DNA of 24,000 bases from Candidatus Woesearchaeota archaeon (GTDB lineage Archaea; Nanobdellota; Nanobdellia; Pacearchaeales; GW2011-AR1), in the NCBI GenBank assembly GCA_964612895.1, contig CAZTFL010000001.1, positions 588,708 to 612,707 of the forward strand, written 5' to 3'. This document shows positions 8,168 to 15,141 of this stretch, piece after piece (within the stretch, counting starts at the first letter, position 1; each line of letters starts with the position of its first letter). Made by a program: the position numbers and the translations under genes. The notes beneath the pieces are model-generated. The model was not told the DNA's origin. It saw only the letters and a list, made by a program, of their open reading frames with translations, and did no database searches.

Positions 8168-9316
8168 TCATTTTCTTCTGATTTTTATTTTAATTGCATT
8201 TTCTATAGGTGTTTGAGATAATAATACTAAATATCCTCCTCCTCCAGCTCCTGTTAATTTCCATCCAGATACACCAGAATTTCTATAATATTCAATTTTT
8301 TCTTTTATCCAATCGGGGCATGTTGCTGGGAACATATTAATTTGTGCATCAAAACTATCTGTAAAAGATTTTGCGAATCTATTAAAATCTTTTTGTATTA
8401 TTGCATTAAAGCATTCGTTAGCTGCATCAGATAATTTTTTTACATTTTCAGTTGTGATATTTTCGCCTTTAAAAACGTAATAATCATCTCTTCTTTTTTC
8501 TAATTCAATTAAATAAATATTTTTCTCTAACCAATCTAAAATATCTTCATCTAATATATTTTCTATTTTTGTTGGCCAGTATTTTCCATCAAATAACGAG
8601 TATGTTAATCCAGGGAAAATTATTCCAATATGATCTTGAGCTCCAGCGATTTCTCTTTCTGGAGTTCCTGGCGGGTTCTCAAAACTAAAAAGTATTTTCG
8701 CTAAATGTTCTGGATCTTCTTTGGGTAAAAAATCTCCCCATAATTTTATTGCTTTGTTTCTTGTAGAAGAAGCCATTCCACTTCTAAAATTAAAAAATTG
8801 CTCTGGTTCTATTGATATATCCAAAACAGGTCCAGAATAATATTTTGATACATATGGTTGGTCTAACCATGCTCCAGCAATATCAAGTCTATAAGGAATT
8901 TTAGATTTTTTATATCTTAATTCGGTGGAACTTCTTTCAGGTAAATTTTCATGAGGTTTTCTTTCTAATACAATATATTCAATTCCCATTTTTTCACATA
9001 ATTCCTTTTTTTCTTTAGCATCACCATCTTTGTTGACTATAAATATATCAGGTTTTACTTTCTCTAATTCATTTACAAAATCCAATATTCCAACTCCAGA
9101 ACCAATATATGCTTCTTTAACACTTTTAATATTATTAATAATAAATAATCTTTCTTTTTCATTATATGTAGGAGTTAATTCTTTTAATCGTTTTATCGTA
9201 ACATCAGATGCTACGGAAACGTATAAATCTCCAAATTCAGCAGCCTGTTTTAAAAATTCAATATGTCCAGCATGTAAGCAATCAAAACAACCACTAACAA
9301 ATACTTTTTTATTCAT
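8168..9316 (-). CDS. Bifunctional fusion of an N-terminal cytidylyltransferase-fold nucleotidyltransferase (~aa 1-125) and a C-terminal GHMP-family sugar kinase (fucokinase/HddA-like, ~aa 135-382)
   Basis: The N-terminus 'VFVSGCFDCLHAGHIEFLKQAAEFGDLYVSVASD' is the GxFDxxHxGH signature of TagD, HldC and RibL. The C-terminal part has 'YRLDIAGAWLDQPY' (compare RIDLAGGWSDTPP), 'FRSGMASSTRNKA' (a degenerate GHMP motif 2) and 'GWKLTGAGGGGYLVLL' (GHMP motif 3). Confidence 0.7.
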   Translation of the reverse strand: MNKKVFVSGCFDCLHAGHIEFLKQAAEFGDLYVSVASDVTIKRLKELTPTYNEKERLFIINNIKSVKEAYIGSGVGILDFVNELEKVKPDIFIVNKDGDAKEKKELCEKMGIEYIVLERKPHENLPERSSTELRYKKSKIPYRLDIAGAWLDQPYVSKYYSGPVLDISIEPEQFFNFRSGMASSTRNKAIKLWGDFLPKEDPEHLAKILFSFENPPGTPEREIAGAQDHIGIIFPGLTYSLFDGKYWPTKIENILDEDILDWLEKNIYLIELEKRRDDYYVFKGENITTENVKKLSDAANECFNAIIQKDFNRFAKSFTDSFDAQINMFPATCPDWIKEKIEYYRNSGVSGWKLTGAGGGGYLVLLSQTPIENAIKIKIRRK

Positions 9317-9429
9317 ATAGTTTGTAGAGTTATTAATTTTAAAAAGATTTGCTTTTAATTATATTCTATAAGGATTATTTTGATTATAAAATTAGAAATG
9401 TTTTTATAATTAAAGAAATTTACTAGATA

Positions 9430-10059
9430 ATGGAAGAGATAGAAGAAAATAAATTTATTATAGAAAGAGATAAAGATCTAGATTTGATTATTAATTCTGT
9501 TAATGGTTTAAAAAAATGTTGTAATGAAATTTATAAATTTGCTTCAATTATAGCTGATAGTTATGATAATAATAAAAAAGTGGTTTTTTGTGGAGTTGGA
9601 AAAAATGCTTTATTGTCAGAAATGATTTGTGAATTTTTACAACCATTTAATGTTGTTTCTTTAGCACTAGATCATAATAGGGCAGTCCATGGAAATTTTG
9701 GTATATTATGTAAAAATGATATTTTTATATTATCTACAAAATCAGGGAATACAGTCGAATTGATATATATGATGGAGTGTTTGAAAAATAAAATGAATAT
9801 GGAGAATGTTTTTTTGATTTGTTCAAATAAAAATGCAGAATTAATTAAAAAATTTAAATTTAAAGATATTCTGATTATCCCACATTTTAATGAAATATCA
9901 AGATTTTCTCATTCTCCACAAACAACAATTTTAAATTATCTTATAGTAATGCAAATAATTGTTAATAAAATTGCTAAGAAAAAAGATATTACCGAAAGAG
10001 ATTATTTGCTCAACCATCAATCTGGAGAAATTGGTAAAAAATTTGAATTATTTAAATAA
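9430..10059 (+). CDS. Single-domain SIS sugar-phosphate isomerase, KpsF/GutQ-like (arabinose-5-phosphate isomerase family) without CBS domains, 209 aa
   Basis: 'VVFCGVGKNALLSEMICEF', 'AVHGNFGI', 'STKSGNTVEL', 'SPQTT' and 'NHQSGEIGKKF' parallel the KpsF blocks GMGKSG, HGDLGM, SNSGES, APT(S/T)ST and HPGGxLGRK. It is transcribed divergently from the fusion gene. Confidence 0.75.
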   Translation: MEEIEENKFIIERDKDLDLIINSVNGLKKCCNEIYKFASIIADSYDNNKKVVFCGVGKNALLSEMICEFLQPFNVVSLALDHNRAVHGNFGILCKNDIFILSTKSGNTVELIYMMECLKNKMNMENVFLICSNKNAELIKKFKFKDILIIPHFNEISRFSHSPQTTILNYLIVMQIIVNKIAKKKDITERDYLLNHQSGEIGKKFELFK

Positions 10060-10060
10060 A

Positions 10061-10077
10061 TTTTTTTTAACCTTTTT
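10061..10077 (+). terminator. Candidate archaeal oligo-T terminator after the SIS isomerase gene
   Basis: A T8 run (10061-10068) and a T5 run (10073-10077) lie directly after the TAA stop at 10057-10059. T-runs are common in this composition, so support is low. Confidence 0.3.
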
Positions 10078-10123
10078 CTATCTTCTCCAAAACACTTTTA
10101 TACTTGTTTTCTTTTTCTAGTTT

Positions 10124-10699
10124 ATGTTATATGATAGATGTTTAGGTTTTTTACTAATTTTTCTTTTTGGTTTGGGCTTTGTTTTTGCTTCTTCTTATAG
10201 TGTTTGTGCAGAGAATTGCGACTTTGCTTCTATTTCGCAGGCAATTTCTAATTCAAATGATGGGGATATTATTAATGTTTTAACTGGAGATTATAACGAA
10301 AAAATTGTTATAAATAAGAATTTAATTTTATTTGCAGAAAAAGGCGTAAATATTTATGGAAATAGTCCCGTTGTTTTAATTACAGACAAGAATGTTACTA
10401 TTAAGGGATTTAATATTTTTCCAACAGATGATTTAAGAATAGGAATTAAGATAAATAATTCAAATGATTATTCGATTGATGGAAATTTCGTCGAAGGAAA
10501 TATTGTTTATGGAATGGGAGTTGTTCCAAAGACGAGTTTTTTGACTGGAATGGCGGTCGCTGATGATTTTGATTCAGTAGATTGGTTATGGATTTTTTTA
10601 ATTATAGTGTTTTTCTTGGTTTCTTTTGTTATTGTCCGTATTGTAAAAAAGAAAAAACATTTATTGAACAAGGTAATAAAAGAAGATATTGGAATATAA
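10124..10699 (+). CDS. Small secreted, C-terminally membrane-anchored protein with right-handed parallel beta-helix (NosD/pectin-lyase-like) repeats, 191 aa
   Basis: It has an N-terminal signal-like segment. 'CDFASISQAISNSNDGDIINVLTGDYNEKIVINKNLIL' is the typical start of beta-helix repeat proteins. The C-terminus is a TM helix 'WLWIFLIIVFFLVSFVIVRIV' followed by a KKKKH tail. Confidence 0.5.
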   Translation: MLYDRCLGFLLIFLFGLGFVFASSYSVCAENCDFASISQAISNSNDGDIINVLTGDYNEKIVINKNLILFAEKGVNIYGNSPVVLITDKNVTIKGFNIFPTDDLRIGIKINNSNDYSIDGNFVEGNIVYGMGVVPKTSFLTGMAVADDFDSVDWLWIFLIIVFFLVSFVIVRIVKKKKHLLNKVIKEDIGI

Positions 10700-10746
10700 T
10701 TTTATTTAGTAAATTTTAAAAAGTGATAATTCTCTAATTTTGTATT

Positions 10747-10817
10747 GCGTGGGTAGTTTAGTGGCAGAATCTTTGGCTTCCAACCAAATGACCCGGGTTC
10801 GAGCCCCGGCCCGCGCA
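10747..10817 (+). tRNA. tRNA-Gly (anticodon UCC), 71 nt, no intron, CCA not encoded
   Basis: I folded the cloverleaf by hand. The acceptor stem is GCGTGGG/CCCGCGC, the anticodon stem is TTTGG/CCAAA with loop CTTCCAA, and the T arm is CCGGG-TTCGAGC-CCCGG. The discriminator is A. Confidence 0.9.
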
Positions 10818-10833
10818 TTTAGTAATTTAAAAA

Positions 10834-11277
10834 TTATCTTTTTAGTTCTTCGTAATTAACATTTGAAATATCTAAGTTATTCCATTGCTGTGTTAATAAA
10901 TATCTTGGTTTTAATACTTGATAATCTTCTCTAAGTGAAAAAATGTCTATCCATCTTCTTTTTTCTAAATTATTAGGGCATAAAATTTTATCTAATACTT
11001 TTCTTTTGTATAAATGACAAATTTCCGGCAAAGCATCTGGAAGAACAATTGCTATATCAATATCACTTTTATCATTATCCCATTTAAATTCATATGCATG
11101 TGAACCAATTAAGTAAACATTTGTAATGTTTTTCATGTTTTCTAATTCCCAAGGTACGCCTTGTCCTTGACAAAATTCTTCCAATTTCCCTAAATATACA
11201 GTTTTCGCTATTTCTAACTTGGAAATCATCTCCTGAGTTGGTTCATCGTTTTTTCCTATATATCTTGGATTTGGCAT
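10834..11277 (-). CDS. Minimal nucleotidyltransferase (Pol-beta superfamily, MNT/KNTase-like), 147 aa
   Basis: 'VYLIGSHAYEFKWDNDKSDIDIAIVL' is the G-S ... D-x-D catalytic signature of Pol-beta-fold NTases. No HEPN-like partner ORF is adjacent. Confidence 0.6.
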   Translation of the reverse strand: MPNPRYIGKNDEPTQEMISKLEIAKTVYLGKLEEFCQGQGVPWELENMKNITNVYLIGSHAYEFKWDNDKSDIDIAIVLPDALPEICHLYKRKVLDKILCPNNLEKRRWIDIFSLREDYQVLKPRYLLTQQWNNLDISNVNYEELKR

Positions 11278-11427
11278 AAAATATACAATAATAAAAACTA
11301 TTTAAATCTTATGGTTTGTAACCACTATTTGATGATACAATATTTATTACAAATTTTTATTTAATGTTTTTATTTAAATACTCAAAAAATACAAAACATT
11401 TAAAATAGAACTATTTTTATTATTATT

Positions 11428-12459
11428 ATGAAATTTCGTGAATGGTATGATGTGAATTATAGGAAATTACTAATAATTCCTATTTTGTTAATTTTATCAT
11501 CTTTGATTTATATTAGTATTTTTTATTCTAATAATCAATCTTTTTTTTATACAGATGTTTCTTTGACTGGTGGAACTTCTTATACTATTTTAACAAATTA
11601 TTCTTCAGCTGATTTAGATAAAGAATTGTCAAATATATTTGAAGATTTTACTATTAAGGGAATTTCTGATGGTTCTGGAATGCAAACTCAACTAATAATT
11701 TCTGTTTCTGAAGAGAACTCAGAACAGATGAAGTTAGAATTGGAGAAAATTTTGGGATTTGAATTAAATGATGACAATACTTCCATTGAATTTACTTCAT
11801 CTAATCTTTCTAATGCTTTTTTAAAACAATTATATATCGCAATAATTTTAGCGTTCTTTTGGATGGGGGCAGTTGTTTTTGTAATGTTTGGGAAGGGTGG
11901 AAAATTGAAATTTTGGGTAATAATTATAAATTTAATTTTTGCAATTTTTTTAGGTAATTTTTTCTTTGAAATAAATTCTATTATTTCCTTTATTATTTTC
12001 TTATTATTTTCAATAAGTTTGTTTTATATTTATATAAAAAATTCTGTTCCATCTTTTGCCGTTATACTTTCTGCATTTGCAAATATTCTAATGACTTTAA
12101 CTGTTGTTAATTTGATGGGTTTGAAATTGTCTACAGCAGGAATTGTGTCTTTTTTGATGATTATTGGTTATTCTGTTGATACAGATATTATGTTAATAGT
12201 TCGTTTATTGAAGAAAGAAGAATCAGTTAATCATGCTATCTTAGGGGCTTTTAAGACAGGGATTTCAATGACAATTACTTCAATTATAGCTGTAGCAATT
12301 GCTTTATTTGTTGTTTATCCTTTTGCGAGTGTTTTAAATGAAATCTTTTTAATTCTTTTAATTGGTTTGGTTTTTGATTTAATGAACACTTGGCTTACTA
12401 ATGTTTCAATATTGAAGTGGTATTTTGATAAAAAAACAAAAAAGGAGGAAAAAATATGA
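11428..12459 (+). CDS. secF: Protein-export membrane protein SecF, 343 aa
   Basis: An N-terminal TM helix is followed by 'DVSLTGGTSYTI' (the SecF DFxGGT-like block), a periplasmic domain and six C-terminal TM helices containing 'IIGYSVDTDIML'. It is translationally coupled (ATGA) to secD. Confidence 0.85.
   Translation: MKFREWYDVNYRKLLIIPILLILSSLIYISIFYSNNQSFFYTDVSLTGGTSYTILTNYSSADLDKELSNIFEDFTIKGISDGSGMQTQLIISVSEENSEQMKLELEKILGFELNDDNTSIEFTSSNLSNAFLKQLYIAIILAFFWMGAVVFVMFGKGGKLKFWVIIINLIFAIFLGNFFFEINSIISFIIFLLFSISLFYIYIKNSVPSFAVILSAFANILMTLTVVNLMGLKLSTAGIVSFLMIIGYSVDTDIMLIVRLLKKEESVNHAILGAFKTGISMTITSIIAVAIALFVVYPFASVLNEIFLILLIGLVFDLMNTWLTNVSILKWYFDKKTKKEEKI
12444..12448 (+). promoter_or_regulatory. 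Shine-Dalgarno-like GGAGG upstream of secD (an internal operon gene)
   Basis: The sequence 'aaaaGGAGGaaaaaatATG' is a G-rich pentamer 7 nt before the start, in an otherwise very AT-rich sequence. Confidence 0.5.
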
Positions 12460-14018
12460 AATTTACTCCTAAAATTTGGTTCTTTGTAATAGTTGCTGGT
12501 CTTTCATTCTTATCTTTATTTGTTTCCTTAAATCCTGTTGGATTGACTTTCTTGCAAAAAGGTGTTTTGATTGGTTCTGTTGATTCAAATTCTGTTTTAT
12601 ACGAAGATGGTGTTCGTCAAGGGATGACTATAACTGCAATAAATGGAAATAAGATAAATAATTTGTCAGATTTTTATGAAAATATTCATCCATATTTATT
12701 ATTAAATGAAAATGAAACTATTCGGGCTGAAATTTCTATTAAAGGAGTTAAAAATTCGATAATTGGTTTATATGGAAGAGATTCATTTAAAGATATAAAT
12801 GTTAAGAATATTCCATCGAGTAAGCTTAAAACTGGTTTGGATTTACAGGGTGGTGCTAGGGCCTTTGTTAGAGTTAATGGAAGTGTTAGTTCTTCTGATT
12901 TAGATGATGTTATTGCGATTTTAGAAGAAAGACTTAATGTTTATGGATTATCAGATATGCGATTGTATAAAGTAGATGCAGGGACAGAACAGCTTGTGGG
13001 TATTGAAATTGCGGGATCTTCTCCTGAACAACTAGAATCACTAATTGAAGAACAAGGTCATTTTGAAGCAAAAATAGGAAATTATAGTGTTTTTATTGGT
13101 GGAGATAAGGATGTTACTCATGTTGCTAGAACAGGCGAAAATGCCGGAATTTATGAATGTAGAGATACAGAAGGTGGTGCTTATTGTAGTTTTAGATTTA
13201 CCATAACATTAAGTGTTGTTGCGGCAGATAAATTTGCTGAGGCTACAAAAGATTTGGATGTAGAAGGGGATTATCTGTCTGAAAATATAACTTTTTATAT
13301 AGATGGTATTGAAACATCTGCACTTAAAATCTCAAGTGGATTAAAAGGTAGTCCTCAAACAACAATTTCTATAAGTGGTTCGGATGTCGGAGAAGATAAA
13401 CAGTCTGCTTATGATGGTGCAGAATTAGAAATGAAAAAATTACAAACAATATTAATTACAGGTAGTTTACCATACAAATTAGAAATAGTTAAAATAGATA
13501 GAATTTCTCCAAATGTAGGCGAAGATTTTACAAAAAGAATTTTATTAGCTGGTATTTTTGCATTCTTTGGTGTTATGTTATTTACATTTTTTAAATATAG
13601 GAAAATAAAAATTTCAATAGCATTAGTTTTAGTTTCATTTGCGGAAATATTAATTACTTTGGGAATTGCTTCTTTAATTAATTGGAATTTAGATTTAGCT
13701 TCTATTGCTGGAATTATTGCTGCTATTGGAACTGGAATAGATAGTGAAATTGTTATATTAGATGAATCAAGAGTAAAGGGAGAAAGTTTGAAAGAACAGA
13801 TAAAAAAAGCGTTATTTATTATAACAACTTCTTTTGTTACAACATTCGTTGCTCTTTTACCATTGACAGGGATTCTTGGATTTTTAGGAATAGGGGCTGC
13901 TTCGGCAGGATTACTTAAAGGATTTGCATTTACAACAATAATTGGAATAACTATAGGTGTTTTAATCAGTAGGCCAGCCTTCTCTGATATTGCAGAACAG
14001 CTGAAAGCTAACGATTAA
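12456..14018 (+). CDS. secD: Protein-export membrane protein SecD, 520 aa
   Basis: It carries 'LKTGLDLQGGARAFV' (the SecD LGLDLxGG block), a large extracytoplasmic domain and a C-terminal TM bundle with 'AAIGTGIDSEIVILDE'. A GGAGG sequence lies 7 nt upstream of the ATG. Confidence 0.85.
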   Translation: MKFTPKIWFFVIVAGLSFLSLFVSLNPVGLTFLQKGVLIGSVDSNSVLYEDGVRQGMTITAINGNKINNLSDFYENIHPYLLLNENETIRAEISIKGVKNSIIGLYGRDSFKDINVKNIPSSKLKTGLDLQGGARAFVRVNGSVSSSDLDDVIAILEERLNVYGLSDMRLYKVDAGTEQLVGIEIAGSSPEQLESLIEEQGHFEAKIGNYSVFIGGDKDVTHVARTGENAGIYECRDTEGGAYCSFRFTITLSVVAADKFAEATKDLDVEGDYLSENITFYIDGIETSALKISSGLKGSPQTTISISGSDVGEDKQSAYDGAELEMKKLQTILITGSLPYKLEIVKIDRISPNVGEDFTKRILLAGIFAFFGVMLFTFFKYRKIKISIALVLVSFAEILITLGIASLINWNLDLASIAGIIAAIGTGIDSEIVILDESRVKGESLKEQIKKALFIITTSFVTTFVALLPLTGILGFLGIGAASAGLLKGFAFTTIIGITIGVLISRPAFSDIAEQLKAND

Positions 14019-14063
14019 ATTTTGATACAAACTTTTTTAAACTGACTTTTTATTTTCTTAATA

Positions 14064-14699
14064 ATGGAAATTAAGAAAGGAGATTTTATAGAAATAGATT
14101 TTACTGGAAGGATTAAAGATGGAAATATTTTTGATACTACAATTAAATCTGTAGCGGAAGAAGAAAAATTAGATTCGAAAAATGTAAAACCTTTTATTTT
14201 GTCTGTTGGTTCTGATATGTTGCCTAAAGGATTTGATGATGATTTAATTGGAAAAGATATTGAAAAAAAATATTCTGTCAATGTTTCTCCTGAAAAAGGG
14301 TTTGGATTAAGAAATAAAAGTTTAGTTAAAATGGTACCTACAAAATTATTTTATGAACAAAAAATTATGCCTCAGAGAGGAATGCAACTTGCTTTAGATG
14401 ATCAAGTTGTTAAAATAATATCAGTTTCAGGCGGTAGAACTTTAGTTGATTTCAATGGACCTCTTGCAGGAAGAGAAATTATTTACGATTACAAAATTAA
14501 TAGATTAATAAATGATGAAAAAGAAAAAATAAATTCATTACAAGATTTCTTTTTTAGAAAGAAGTTTGATTTTGAAATTAAAGATAATAAAATTTTATTT
14601 AATATAGATAAAGAGTATGAACCATATTTTAAAATATTTGCTGGAAAATTTAAAGAAATTCTTGGAAAAGATATAGAAATAAGTGTAAAAAATATTTAA
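14064..14699 (+). CDS. FKBP-type peptidyl-prolyl cis-trans isomerase (archaeal long-type, SlyD-like with insert-in-flap and a C-terminal domain), 211 aa
   Basis: 'GDFIEIDFTGRIKDGNIFDTT', 'LPKGFDDDLIGKDIEKKYSVNVSPEKGFG' and 'GGRTLVDFNGPLAGREIIYDYKI' follow the archaeal FKBP/SlyD pattern. Confidence 0.8.
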   Translation: MEIKKGDFIEIDFTGRIKDGNIFDTTIKSVAEEEKLDSKNVKPFILSVGSDMLPKGFDDDLIGKDIEKKYSVNVSPEKGFGLRNKSLVKMVPTKLFYEQKIMPQRGMQLALDDQVVKIISVSGGRTLVDFNGPLAGREIIYDYKINRLINDEKEKINSLQDFFFRKKFDFEIKDNKILFNIDKEYEPYFKIFAGKFKEILGKDIEISVKNI

Positions 14700-14852
14700 T
14701 TTTATGATTTTTTCAGTGTTTGAAAAGTTTTCTGTTTACAATATTTTTCTTTTTGTGTTATAATTAATTTATTCAGAAATACTTATGAGTGTAATTTTTA
14801 TAATTAAAGTGTATTGTCTTAAGTATTATCAACTTTTTTATTTTATTTATTA

Positions 14853-14927
14853 CGCCCTTGACAGGATTTGAACCTGCGACTCCTTCCTTAGGGGGGAAGT
14901 GCTCTATCCAAACTGAGCTACAAGAGC
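14853..14927 (-). tRNA. tRNA-Arg (anticodon CCU), 75 nt, no intron, CCA not encoded; the anticodon loop reads CCCCUAA (C at position 33)
   Basis: I folded the reverse complement by hand. The acceptor is GCTCTTG/CAAGGGC, the D arm is GCTC-AGTTTGGATA-GAGC, and the anticodon stem is CTTCC/GGAAG. The variable loop is GAGTC, the T arm is GCAGG-TTCAAAT-CCTGT, and the discriminator is G. Confidence 0.8.
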
Positions 14928-15141
14928 ATAAATACAAATATAAAAAATACTATAAAAACTTTGAGATTACAAATGAATAAAAACTTTAAGTGTTTAGAAA
15001 TAACATGGATCATGGGTTGGATGACAGACGGCGGAAATTAGTCGTCAGAAATCATATATCAACAATCAGAGTAAGTTTTCTAATAGAAAAGGTCAGATTG
15101 GAGTTGGAAAAATTCTTGCGATAGTTTTAGGCGTTATAGTT

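Noticed and set aside
9030-9320. 96-aa ORF on the + strand
   Set aside because: It is antisense to the N-terminal (nucleotidyltransferase) part of the fusion gene, which carries a clear HxGH signature in the opposite frame.
10700-11427. Possible tRNA-Gly-targeted integrated element carrying the NTase gene
   Set aside because: I found no copy of the tRNA 3' segment (…GGTTCGAGCCCCGGCCCGCGCA) downstream to serve as an att repeat. There is no integrase gene and no composition shift.
14015-14281. 88-aa ORF on the - strand
   Set aside because: It overlaps the secD 3' end and the FKBP 5' region in antisense. The FKBP reading has clear family motifs, and this one has none.
15018-15050. Imperfect hairpin (TGAC-A-GAC ... 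GTC-GTCA) and a C-box-like GGATGAC, considered as a C/D-box sRNA or a frameshift stimulator
   Set aside because: The stem is only 7 bp with a bulge. No proper C box (RUGAUGA) or D box (CUGA) pair is present in the right order on either strand. The hairpin lies upstream of the candidate slip site, not downstream of it.
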